Origin: Neocallimastix sp. 'constans'
Taxonomy: Eukaryota
Length of the DNA: 64,000 nucleotides
Assembly (NCBI GenBank): GCA_050613775.1
Contig: JBODTK010000001.1
Coordinates: 1,302,001 to 1,366,000, forward strand
Reading direction: 5' to 3'
Both the position numbers and the translations under genes were made by a program. Below the pieces are notes generated by a model, which was not told where the DNA came from, made no database searches, and was given only the letters and a program-made list of their open reading frames with translations. Positions 11,157 through 24,569 of this stretch are shown one piece after another. Numbering within the stretch: position 1 is the first letter of the stretch; each line of letters begins with the position of its first letter.

Positions 11157-12929
11157 TTTTGTTTTTAATATTTATTTCTATATATTATTAATATATATAT
11201 AAGAACATTAATTTTTATATTTTAATAAATACGTAAAATAAATAAATTACATTAGAAATAAATAAATATTTAATAAAGAATATATAATTATTTTCGTTAT
11301 AAATACAAAATAAAGAAAATAGACTGTAATAAATTTAATATTTCCTTTCTAAAATAATAATACTATAATTCCATTTAAATATATCTTTTTATTATTTATT
11401 AACTATAAATAATTTTTTTATTCCTTAATTTTTCTTTTTTTTTTTATTTTATTTTTATTTTATTCAAGAATAAAATAAAATAAAAAAAAAATAAAAAAAA
11501 AAAAAAAAACCACACTTTGACAATTTTTCTTAAATAATTTTAATTTCTTTCAATTTATTTATTTCAGTAATAAATTACATTCTATATTCTATATATTTTT
11601 TTAGATTATCATTAAAATTTTCATTACTTTTTACTAATTTTATTTTCTTTATTATTATTATTATTATTACTATTATTATTATTTTATTATTTTATTATTA
11701 TTATTTTTAATTCTTTTTTTATTTTTTCTAAATTTTTTATTTTCTTTATTGTTATTTTCTATTTATATAGCTTATTATTAATTCTTATTTCTATTGTTTA
11801 TTTTTATTATTATTTTTATTTTTTTATAGTTGTTAAATTTAAATAACTTCTAAATAACAATGAAATTTAATCAATTTGAATAGTATATTCCTCTATAACT
11901 TTGAATGGATATTAATACTTTTCATTCTATTATTAATTTTTAATTATTTTAATTTTTTTATCATATTATTTATTGTTAAAATTAATTACTAAATAAATAT
12001 ATATAAAATTCATATTATAATATTACTTTTATTTTAATATGTTTAAATTTTCAGTTTTTACTGTTATTATTACCTTGTTTTTATTAATGAAGTAAAGAAA
12101 AAAAAAAAAAAGAAAAAATAAATTAGGAATAATTATATAAAAATTTATCAATTGGTTTTTTTTTTTCTTTTCAATTTTTTTTTTTTTTAATAATACCAAT
12201 TGTATTAACAAACAAAAATATAATATATTAAAATATAATTTATAATATATATGAAAAATGGTAAATATATACAATAGAATTGCTATATCATTAAATGTAA
12301 TATTAAATATTAACGTATAAATTAATATATTAAAATTAAAAAAAAAAATATTTAAAGAAATTATTTAATTTCTATCAAATCATGCTAAAGAGTTATATAT
12401 TTTTTTATAGCGATAAAAAAAAATTTTTTTTTCTTTTTTTAAAAAAAAATAAATAAATAAATATATAAATAATAAATAAATAAATAATAATATATACAAA
12501 TACATAATTTTAATAATTTTAATATTAATCTATAAAATCAATTATTTATTGAAATTATTAATACAAATTTACTTATTTATCTCGGATATTAAAAAATTTA
12601 AAGTAAAAAAATTAATAGATTCAATATATTTCAATCAATTTGCATATATATTAATTATTATATGACCAGTAATTTATATAAATTAATAAATGAATAATTA
12701 AATAAACGATAATAATTAAATAATTATATATAAATAAGTAAATATATAAATAAATAAATGAATAAATGAAGGAATAAATAAATATTAACATTTTTTTTAT
12801 TTTGAAATTTAAAATTGATCTATTCAATGAAATGATTAGTTGTTTTTTTTATTAAAATAAAACTTATTTATTTATTAAGTAAATATTTATTTATTTATTT
12901 ATTTATATTATATTTCATATTTTCATTTA

Positions 12930-13285
12930 TTTATTATTTATTATTTATTATTTATTATTTATTATTAATTATTTATTATTTATTATTTATTATTTATTAT
13001 TTATTATTTATTATTTATTATTTATTATTTATTATTTATTATTTATTATTTATTATTTATTATTTATTATTTATTATTTATTATTTATTATTTATTATAT
13101 ATTATTTATTATTTATTAATTATTAATTATTATTTAATTATTTATTATTTATTATTTATTATTTATTATTTATTATATATTATTTATTATTTATTAATTA
13201 TTAATTATTATTTAATTATTTATTATTTATTATTTATTATTTATTATTTATTATTTATTATTTATTATTTATTTATTTATTTATT
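12930..13285. repeat. (TTATTTA)n 7-bp microsatellite
   Basis: Long near-perfect run; the same 7-mer occurs as AATAAAT at ~28980-29150, ~36230-36510 and ~44950-45180. Confidence 0.9.
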
Positions 13286-13457
13286 TTAATAATTTCTTAT
13301 TTCTTCTATTAATTTCACTTTTTTTATTTAATTGTATTCGTTCCACAATTGATATAAATTAATTAATATTGACATATGAAAACCACGGTTCAAAAAAAGA
13401 AAATAAAAATAAGAAAAAAAATAAAAATTAGAAATATATTATATAAAAAGAGAAAAT

Positions 13458-13552
13458 ATATAAAATATAAAATATAAAATATAAAATATAAAATATAAAA
13501 TATAAAATATAAAATATAAAATATAAAATATAAAATATAAAATATAAAATAT
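13458..13552. repeat. (AAAATAT)n 7-bp microsatellite
   Basis: Directly visible tandem run. Confidence 0.9.
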
Positions 13553-13630
13553 GTAAAATATATAAATATATATAAAATATTAAATATATTAAATTTATAA
13601 ATATATAAAATATATAAATATATAATATAT

Positions 13631-13705
13631 AGAGTGACTACCTTAATATTCCTATGTCTTGAGGGGCGGTACACACCGGAAATAAAAAAAAAAAATAAAA
13701 TAAAA
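13631..13705 (+). mobile_element. Severely 5'-truncated copy of the retroposon 3' end seen at 7347-7550
   Basis: AGTGACTACCTTAATATT..TGAGGGG..CACAC followed by an A-rich tail. Confidence 0.55.
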
Positions 13706-14605
13706 TATATAAATAATTAATAATATTATTATTACATATAACAGAAGAGTAAATATGTTTTAATTTTTCATAACTGTAGTAATTATATTAAAAAAAAATA
13801 GAAAGGATTTATATATTAAAATATTAATATTTAATTTTTTCTTTTTTTTTAATATATTGACTTTATTAAAATATTTATCTTTATACATATTATGTTCATT
13901 ATTCCAAAGAACAAATAATTTTATTTAAAATAAATAAGAAATAAAATAAAATATGAAGTAAAAAGCAATAAAATTAAAATAAATATATATTTTAATATAT
14001 AATTTTATTTTTTCTTTAAGTTAGATAGGATATAAAATAAAATAGTATATGATTGTATAGATATTTTTAAACATTTCTATTCCCTTTTTACTTGTTATGA
14101 TTATATTATTATTATTAACATATTTTCCATAAAATATGATAATAATATTTTTTTTTAAAGTAAATAAAAAAAAAAAAAACCTAAAGATTTTATTTTAATA
14201 TTTTTTTTTATATAAAAATAAAAACCTGATTCAATTAATTTATTATTTTATATTTTTTATATATTTAGAAATTATCTAATACTTATTTATTATCTAATTA
14301 TTATATATACATATTTTATAAAAAGAAAAAATAATAAAATATAAATATGTTATGCTTTATTTATTAATTATTGCAATAAATTTATTAATGGTTAATATAT
14401 ATATATATATAATATTGTTGTTATTGTTGATATAATTTTTTAAAATAATATTTTTGTATTATTAAAATTACTTTAAAAAGAGTCTCAGTCTCTCTTAATA
14501 TGTTTAAAATTGATAGATTGATAGTATTTAAGTTATAAATCCATTAATTTTTTTTTTTTTATGAGATTTAATAAAATAATTATTAAAAAAAAATTTTTTT
14601 TTTTA

Positions 14606-16942
14606 TTAATCAAATGTTGCCGAGAAATCAGATGAATACTTTTCATTCATACGGTGATTTTCTAAAATAAATTTTGAATCAACTGAAGTTTTATAATGAT
14701 AATTATATATTTTATTTTTTAATAATGAAGAAATTGATGGCATTTTTGAATCAGCATTAAGAATATTAATTTTTTCTATCTTATCATTGTTTTCATCATT
14801 TGTGTTGCTCATACTTGTATTATTACTTATATAAAACTTATGATTATTATTTTTTCCGTACAGCGTTTTTTTCTCATTATGTAGTACAGCATATACTAAT
14901 TTAATGCCGTATAATAATAAGTAATTTGTTGTAGTACATATAATACGAATAAATTCTGAAAGCGTTAGAAATAAAATTATGTCATTATAGTGAATAAAAT
15001 TACTAATATATAAAAATATATCGAAAAGAAAAGAAATATATAATATAAGTACAATAGATCGAATATCATAGAGGGTGGACCTTAAATTCCATTCTATAAA
15101 TATTAAAAACAAAATTATGGCTGTTATAATATATCTAGTGGTATATAACGAAAAAAATATTATATTTCCAAAAGTGTTATTCATTTGACAAATTTTAATG
15201 CTTTTTTCATCATTAAATGTTCTTGTAATAATTGTATATGGACTAATCACTAATGATCCATATATTACTGTATATATAATTATAAAGTACAAAATAATTT
15301 GAATCCTTTTTTGTTCAATTAATTTTAATATTTTATTATCCTTTTCTGGTATATTAATAAGTAATCGAATAAGAAGAGGAAGTAGCATTAGAAATGGTCC
15401 TAAAATATTGAAATATTGATTTAAATAACATTTTATTAGATGAATTGGCCCGTAATCTAGAAAAATTGGGAATAAGTAAACTAAAAATCCAATTATTATT
15501 ACAATCCATAGATCATTTGATATAAAATTAAAAAAGTGTTCATATTTTTTAATGAAGAGGAAAACTATTGAACTTAACATGATTATCGAAATAGTCACCG
15601 TAGTGATAAATATGATTAATCCTAAATTAGTTTCATCTGATTTTAATGTTAAATAATGAAAATTTGTTATTTCATAGATGGTTTTTAGAGCCTCTTCTGC
15701 CGTTTTATTTCCATATAAAAAATCATAGATATAATTTCTAAATTTGAAGGAATACTGATCATAATTACTTACTTTGGAAGTTGGTCTTGCAGTTAACTGG
15801 ATATTTTTAAAAAATTCACAATCTACTGTCTCACATACGTCATCTTCCTCATATAAACTAAGTATTGGTGAGTAAAAGCCTTTATTAATAATATATTTTT
15901 TTTGTAATTCTTTAGATGTGAGAAACATAAATACTTTGATTACTTCATTTCTTTTATTACTATTTGAATATTTATTAATGCCTAGATTATGTCCTCCTAT
16001 TGTTGAACCTGATATTCCCCTCTTTAATCCTGGTAATGGAGATAACCTAAAACCTTTATCACTAAGGTACCAAAATTTTAAAAATAAAAAATTTTTATCA
16101 TTCATCTTACCAAAAAGGAAATCACTACTTGATTTAAATATTTCATCTGTTATTATTATTATTATAACATTTATATAGATTTATTTATTTCATTTTGAAA
16201 ATATTATTTGAATTAGAAATTTATATATATATATATATATTTTATTAAATTATTTTATTTTATTTCATTTTTATTTTATTTTATTTTATTTTATTTTATT
16301 TTGTAAAGTAATTATTTTAAGAATTCAAAAAAAAAAAAAAAAAAAAAAGTTAACAATATCCTATAATAAAACGTATATTACCTGATGAAATTTCATTTTT
16401 GATTTCTTTTAATTTTTTTAATGCCTTTACTGTAATTTGATCTGTTAATACAGGAAATTCAGAATCTATTGAATTTCTACAGGAATAAATAAATTCATAT
16501 AGTGAACAAGTACCTTGCTCACTATCTAAAAAAAAAAAAAAAAAAAAAAAAAATAGGAAATAATTAATTTATAAATGTTTTAATGATGATAATTATCAAT
16601 AGTATTAGTATTAAAATTTATGATATATATTTATATATTTATATATATTATTTTTAAATATTAATATTACAATCAAAAAACCCATTATACGCAATAAAAT
16701 CACTATTATTAAGTTTTTTCTCTTCATTTAAAATGTATTTTCCAGTATTAATTAATTCATCCCAAGTCTTAGGTATTTCTTTTTTATATTTATTTAAATA
16801 GTATTCATTGCAATAAAGTACCGTATAATCAATAGTAATAGGCTAGAAAAAAAAAATATATATATATATATATTAAAAGTATTATTATTTTAATAAATTA
16901 TAATAAATTTAAGAATAATATATATATATATATTTAAAAAAC

Positions 16943-16977
<35 letters not shown>

Positions 16978-17541
16978 AATAAAACTTTTTATTATTTCTT
17001 AAATTCCTTACAAATCCAACTAATCTATCATTATGAAAACCAATTTGAGTAATTACACCAGGTATATAGATATTAATATGTTCTTTTGGAATTAACTTAT
17101 TTAAATCAAGAAAATATGGTTCAATCCTTGGGGTATATATATTATCATAAAATATTAAATCATATTTATCTGATTTTCTGTTTAATAATGACTCTAATGT
17201 TTCTTCATAACCATTAACCGTACTTGTTGAATTTAATCCAGATATAAGATTTAAATTTATTGTAATATTCAAATTATTATTTTTGGAAAATGTATTAAAC
17301 TCGCTTATCATCGGTGAATACAACGTACCACCACCATTTAAAGAATAGGCTATAGCATTTACTTCTACTGAATATACTTTATAAATTCGAAAAATAATAA
17401 TATAAATATGTATATTAAAAAAAAAAAAAAAAAAACTATTATAATATATATTAATAATAAAAAATATATTATTATGTTTAAAATATTACCTTTATTATTA
17501 AAAATTACAAATAATAATATGAAATAATATATACATAACAT
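14606..17541 (-). CDS. Receptor with signal peptide, extracellular solute-binding-protein domain and 7TM class-C-like GPCR domain; exons 17541-17490, 17376-17012, 16842-16671, 16525-16382, 16146-14606 (~757 aa)
   Basis: All four introns are GT-AG with consistent phases (total 2274 nt). SBP family 1-like motifs KYDLIFYDNIY, YFLDLNK, LVGFPITIDYTVLYCN, IPKTWDELI and GGHNLGIN are followed by about seven hydrophobic helices with extracellular Cys. Confidence 0.85.
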
Positions 17542-17963
17542 TTTTATATTGTTATCAATATAAAATCAAATTATATTTTCATTTAACCTATGTATCATAG
17601 TTATTATTTTTTTTTTATAAAAGTTTATATAAAGAAAAAAAAATAATTTTTAAGTTTTATATTAATTTAAAATAGAAATATATCTAATAGCTGTTTTTTA
17701 TAATAAATATAGCAAAAAAAAAAAAAAATTTTGAAATGAATAAATAATATATATATATAAAAGTTGTATTAAAAAATATATGACTATGGATTATATTTTT
17801 TTATAAGAAAATAATATTTGAATAAATATAAATTTAAATTTTATATACTTAACTTTAAAAATAGAATATGCAATAATAATTATTGAACTATAAATCTAAT
17901 ATTTATTTATTTTAGCTAATATTTAAATTTAAATATATATAAAATACTTATGAATCATATTAT

Positions 17964-18004
<41 letters not shown>

Positions 18005-18061
18005 ACATATTAACATATTAAATAAAAACTATATTAGAAAACATATAAATATATATATATA

Positions 18062-18112
<51 letters not shown>

Positions 18113-18148
18113 TAAAATGGTAAAAATATTAAAATAATTATTTTATTT

Positions 18149-18199
<51 letters not shown>

Positions 18200-18349
18200 A
18201 TATAGTATAATAATATTATTATTAATAAAAAAAAAAAAAAAAAGAGAGAGAGAGAGAGAGGGAAGGAGAGAAGGTATGTAATAAATGATAATCAACTATA
18301 TTATTTAATTTTTATGTTTGATCGAATATTGTTAAACAAGAATTAATAC

Positions 18350-18385
<36 letters not shown>

Positions 18386-18796
18386 AATATTAACAAAGTA
18401 AATTATGCTATTAAGATTAGGAAAAAATAATAATAAAAATAAAAGAAAAAAAAAAAAGAAAAATAACTTAAAATTGCTTTTATATTTAAATTTGTATGGA
18501 ATATAATAATAAAATAAATAACATAAGGAAATAATAAGAAAAATTATTTATACAACAAAATAATATAAACTTAAAAATTATTATTTATGAATTTTAAATT
18601 AGTCTATATTATTAAGTTTATAAATGATATATAATTTTTATTATATATACTAAACTTTTTTTTTTTTTTTTTTTTGACTAAATTACCCAATATAAAACTT
18701 TAAAAGTAGATACAATTGGAAACATTCTTTCAAATTAAAAACTTTAAAAGGTATTTCATGCTTTCAAATTAAAAACTTTAAAAGGTATTTCATGAT

Positions 18797-18840
<44 letters not shown>

Positions 18841-18879
18841 TATTTTTTAAATTAAATCTCTTTTTATACCCTTTAAAAT

Positions 18880-18927
<48 letters not shown>

Positions 18928-19088
18928 CTTTAGATCTTTCTTTAATATATTTTAGTATCAAATTTTAATTATTAAATATAACGATTATTAAAATTTTTAA
19001 AATATTTTAATAAATTAAAAATATTTATTTTTTGAATATAATTATAAATGACAGTATTAATATATATAAAGATTTTATAATAATATTA

Positions 19089-19127
<39 letters not shown>

Positions 19128-19747
19128 TTCAATTAACAATTAACAATATTAATAAATTACTTATTTATTATTATTATTATTATTATTATTTTAATTTTAG
19201 TTTATTTAATTTTTTTTTAACGGTTTGTTTGTTTGTGTTGTTCGTTCATTTTTTTTTTTTTTACTGTTCGTTTGTTTGCTATGAATAATAATATGATTAA
19301 GATATGAATATATATAATATTCATATAATCAGTGAATTATTATTATTATTTTTATTATATAATATTTTTCTTTCTTTTATCATTATAATAATAATAATAA
19401 TAATTGTTATATTAATTTTATTTTATTTTTTTTTTGTTATTTTTTTTTTTTTTTGTTAAATTTTTATTTATATTCATTTATACTGTCTATATTTTAAAGA
19501 TATTTTTAATTATTTAATTGGGCAAAATTAAGAAGAATTGAAAAAAAAAAAAAAAAAGGATTAATTCTTGTTATATATCATTAGTTCTTTTAGTTGATTT
19601 AAAACTTTATATTTAACATTATATATAAATTATAAATTTTCTTTTAATAATATTTTATAATAAATATATATATATATATAATATATATTTATATTAATAA
19701 ATGTATTTTCTAATAACTTAATATAGATTATGTTATATAGCGTATAT

Positions 19748-19789
<42 letters not shown>

Positions 19790-19832
19790 AAATAATACAA
19801 TATAATAATGATGTTTCTGAAAAATATATCTT

Positions 19833-21736
19833 TTAATTTAATTCTCCTTTTTTTTTATCTGCACGATTAATTAACTTTTGAATGAATTTAACCATAAATT
19901 TACGCTTTTGCATTACTTTCTCATCTTCAGAATCTATTTTGTCTATTAAAAATAATTTTTGCATTAAATATTCTGTAGCTTTGTTATATAAAATATCTAG
20001 ATCATCAGTAATTGTTTTATCTTTGATATAATTATCTACATTTATTTTATAATGATTATTTAAAGGCACTAATTCTTCTGTGATTTCATCAAAACATATA
20101 TCAAGAAAATCTAATGGTTGCTCTCTGATTAATTTATTTAACATTTTTTTGGATATTTTTTTTCTTTTGTTGATTGATTTATTTAAAATCGGTTTTATTA
20201 TTTTATTATCAGGAGTTTCTTTATATAAATTTGAATTTTTATTAGATGAATTTTCATCATTTGTGTGGAGTCTGTGTTCATGACGATTTTCTTCATTAGA
20301 ATCTTGTTTAGCATCATAAAATATTTCTTCATTTGTAGGGTGTTCTTCATTTGAATGTTGTTCTTTATTTGAATCTTGATTAGTATCATAAAATATTTCT
20401 TCATTTAAATTTTGTTCTTCATTTAAAGGTTGTTTTTTATTTGAAGGTTGTTCTTCATTTAAATATTGTTTTCCATTTAAATGTTGTTCTCCACTTAAAG
20501 GTTGTTCTCCATTTAAAGGTTGTTCTTCATTTAAATGTTGTTCTTCATTTAAATGTTGTTCTCCATTTAAAGGTTGTTCTTCATTTGAATGTTGTTCTTC
20601 ATTTAAAGGTTGTTTTTTATTTGAAGGTTGTTCTTCATTTAAAGGTTGTTCTTCATTTAAAGGTTGTTCTCCATTTGAATGATGTTCTTCATATGAATGG
20701 TGTTCTTCATTTAAAGGTTGTTCTTCATATGAACGGTGTTCTTCATTTAAAGGTTGTTCTTCATTTAAATGTTGTTCTCCATTTAAAGGTTGTTCTTCAT
20801 ATGAATGGTGTTCTTCATTCAAAGGTTGTTCTTCATTTAAATGTTGTTCTCCATTTAAATATTGTTCTTCATCTAAAGGTTGTTCTCCATTTGAATATTG
20901 TTCTTCATTTAAAGGTTGTTCTCCATTTGAATGTTGTTCTTCATATGTATGTAGTTCTTTATATGAAGTTTGTTCTTCATTATTACAACTTTCTTCATAT
21001 GAATATTTTTTTTCTTTACAAGTAATTTCATTATATGTATTATATTTGTGCCCATAATTGTCTCCTCCAGTTAAGTATAAGTTATGATTTTCATCATTAA
21101 CATAATAACCAATAAAATTATAATAATAATTAAAATATTTATGATAATTCTAAATTTTATTTTTTGTTTTTGATTATTATATATTATTTTATTTAAATAT
21201 ATATAAAATATAACAATTTATAACATATATTAATGTAATGTAAATTTATAAATATAATTATTCAAATTATAATTAATAAATACTTACTATATATAATTCA
21301 ATAGTTGATTTTTTTTTAATACCAAAATATGATAAAGTTTTGTTATCAGATTTTAAAGTTTCTTTTATATTATAAATTGAAAACAAATTATATACGTAAA
21401 AAAAATATATATATAATAAAAAAAATTTTTTTTTTTTAATATGTTTTTATTATACATAAAAATTAAAAAAATTAGAAAATTATAATATATATTATACTAC
21501 TTGTATTTTATTTTAATTATTTAAATTTTATTTTCTTTCTACTTCATTTTATTACCTTCTTTATATTTTAATTCAATAAACTCAACTGGAATTTTGATTT
21601 TTTTTGCACATTTTTTTTTTAAATCGCCAATAGTGAATTTACTTTTTCTTTCAATTTTAAATTTTTTAAATTTTATTAATTTATAATTGTAATCATCAAG
21701 ATAATAATAGTAACATTTTATAACAATTTTTTCCAT
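19833..21736 (-). CDS. Ubiquitin-like domain + hexapeptide repeats + C-terminal BAG domain protein (probable Hsp70 co-chaperone); exons 21736-21556, 21361-21288, 21149-19833 (~523 aa)
   Basis: GT-AG introns in phase (1572 nt). UBL: FTIGDLKKKCAKKIKIPVEFIELKYKEETLKSDNKTLSYFGIKKKSTIELYI. About 30 NEEQPL-type repeats. BAG-like: EYLMQKLFLIDKIDSEDEKVMQKRKFMVKFIQKLINRAD. Confidence 0.8.
20400..20945 (-). repeat. Coding 18-bp minisatellite encoding N(E/G)EQ(P/H)(L/S) hexapeptides
   Basis: Variants of TTTAAAGGTTGTTCTTCA repeated about 30 times, in frame. Confidence 0.9.
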
Positions 21737-21961
21737 TGTTATTGTTTTTTTTTTTTTTTTTTTTTTTTTTTTGACTTTAATAAATAATACAAAACTATAT
21801 AATAACTTCTTTATTGATATATTATAATTATAATTATTTAATTTTTTATTTACTATTAAAATAATGATATAAAATAATTTTTTAAAAAAAAAAAAAAAAA
21901 AAAAAAGTACAGGATTTCATATTTTTTAACTTTTATTATAAAATTATTATAAATATTATGT

Positions 21962-22001
<40 letters not shown>

Positions 22002-22289
22002 CATATATATTTATATATTATGAATTTATTATTATTATTATTATTTAAGTCATTAAAAAAAAAAAACACAATAATCAAACTTTAAATTATAATAAAAATA
22101 TTAAAATTTAATTTTTTTTGTACCTCCTTGAAATTTAAATTGAAATAGATATGAAATTATTATATTCATTAAATAGTATTTAATATTTAGTTCATATAGA
22201 ATAACTAAATAAAATATTATGAAATATTTTATAAAACCAAAATATAATATAATATAATATTATTTTTTATTTTATTTTATTTTATTTTA

Positions 22290-23160
22290 TTTTATTTTTA
22301 TTAATACTTTACTCTTTTATATTACTTTACTACTTATTTTATTTTATTTTATTTTTATTAATACTTTACTCTTTTATATTACTTTATTACTTATTTTATT
22401 TTATTTTATTTTATTTTTATTAATACTTTACTCTTTTATATTACTTTACTACTTATTTTATTTTATTTTTATTTTATTTTTATTAATACTTTACTCTTTT
22501 ATATTACTTTACTACTTATTTTATTTTATTTTATTTTATTTTTATTAATACTTTATTCTTTTATATTACTTTACTACTTGTTTTATTTTATTTTTATTTT
22601 TATTAATACTTTACTCTTTTTTTATATTACTTTACTACTTATTTTATTTTATTTTATTTTATTTTTATTAATACTTTACTCTTTTATATTACTTTACCAC
22701 TTATTTTATTTTATTTTATTTTTATTAATACTTTACTCTTTTATATTACTTTATTACTTATTTTATTTTATTTTATTTTATTTTTATTAATACTTTACTC
22801 TTTTATATTACTTTACTACTTATTTTATTTTATTTTTATTTTATTTTTATTAATACTTTACTCTTTTATATTACTTTACTACTTATTTTATTTTATTTTA
22901 TTTTATTTTTATTAATACTTTACTCTTTTATATTACTTTACTACTTGTTTTATTTTATTTTTATTTTTATTAATACTTTACTCTTTTTTTATATTACTTT
23001 ACTACTTATTTTATTTTATTTTATTTTTATTAATACTTCACTCTTTTATATTACTTTACTATTTATTTTATTTTATTTTATTTAATTTTTACTTTTATTA
23101 ATACTTTACTTTTTATATTACTTCACTATTTATTTTATTTTATTTTATTTTATTTTATTT
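22290..23160. repeat. ~60-bp minisatellite, about 14 copies
   Basis: Unit TTATTAATACTTTACTCTTTTATATTACTTTACTACTT followed by a variable number of ATTTT. Confidence 0.9.
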
Positions 23161-23308
23161 ATTCAATCTGTACTTTATATTAATATTCTATTATTTATTT
23201 TTTTAAAAAAAAAATAAATAAAAAAATAAATAATATTTCAATTGATTATAATATACACATAAAAAATAAAAATAAATGATTTATTTTATAGACATAAAAA
23301 AATGATTA

Positions 23309-23350
<42 letters not shown>

Positions 23351-24066
23351 GATTATTATTATTATTATTATTATGATTATTATTATTATTATTTTATTAT
23401 TATTATTATTATTATTTAATTTATTAATTAAAAAATGATTTTTAATTAAATTATTTAAAATAATATTACCATTAATTATAATTATTTAATAAAAATTAAT
23501 ATATTTATGTAGCAAATGAAAAAGAGGTTAAGAATTATAAAAAAAAATCAATATTATTATATATAATTTATTATAATAAAATTTATAAATATTAAAAAAT
23601 TACAGCCATAGGCTACTCCTTATTTATTATCCTTAACCTTGGCAAGCACATCTTCTATGCTTCCTACGCTTAAGAAATATATATAAAAATAATTATTAAA
23701 ATATTTAAACTTTCGATATTAACAAAACACTGTAAGCCATACTCTTAAATGATAGTATATTGAATACAAAATTAGAAGTAAAAAATTATACTTTTTAATT
23801 TTAACAATGATATACTTCCCAATCATTATTTATATAATTATTACTAACGATAGAATATAGAAATAATGATAAAATTAAAAGTAAATATTATTGATATAAT
23901 ATTTTAAAATAATATTTTAAGAATATAAAAAGATTTTTTTTCCTTGAAATAATTAAGATATATTCATCATGAATTATTGTTTATTGTTTAATAAATATCT
24001 TTATTTATATAATTTAAAAATTTTTAAATATCTGTTTTATATATTTATTATATTTATAAAGAAAAA

Positions 24067-24110
<44 letters not shown>

Positions 24111-24569
24111 ACAAAATAATTAATATTAAATTATACTGAATTTAAATATTTCATATAAATTAAGGTAAAATTAATAATAATTTTATCATAATTAATAATA
24201 TAAAAAACTATCATAAGATAGAATATCTATAAACATGATAAATATTCTTAATTATTAGAATTCTTTATAAATAATTAAACAAATAATATTATTGAAATAT
24301 CAAAATATAATAAAAAATTTTTAATTAACTGCATAATCTATAGCATATATAGAATAATTATTAAAATTAAACTTATTATTTTTTTAATATATAGTGTTTA
24401 AAAAACGTTATATATAATTTCTTAATAAAAAAATAAGTGTTTTTTAATTATTATTATTATTATTACTATTATTATTATTTTATCATATAAATAATTTGAA
24501 ATTTTTAAATGAATAATATAATGATATAAATATATATATATATAAGTTGTTAGTTTTAAATTTTTTCTT

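Noticed and set aside
20441..21025. 194-aa (VVLHLK)n ORF on +
   Set aside because: Antisense read of the 18-bp coding repeat in the UBL-BAG gene.
22290..23160. CRISPR-like array
   Set aside because: The intervening segments are (ATTTT)n variants rather than unique spacers, there are no cas genes, and the context is eukaryotic.
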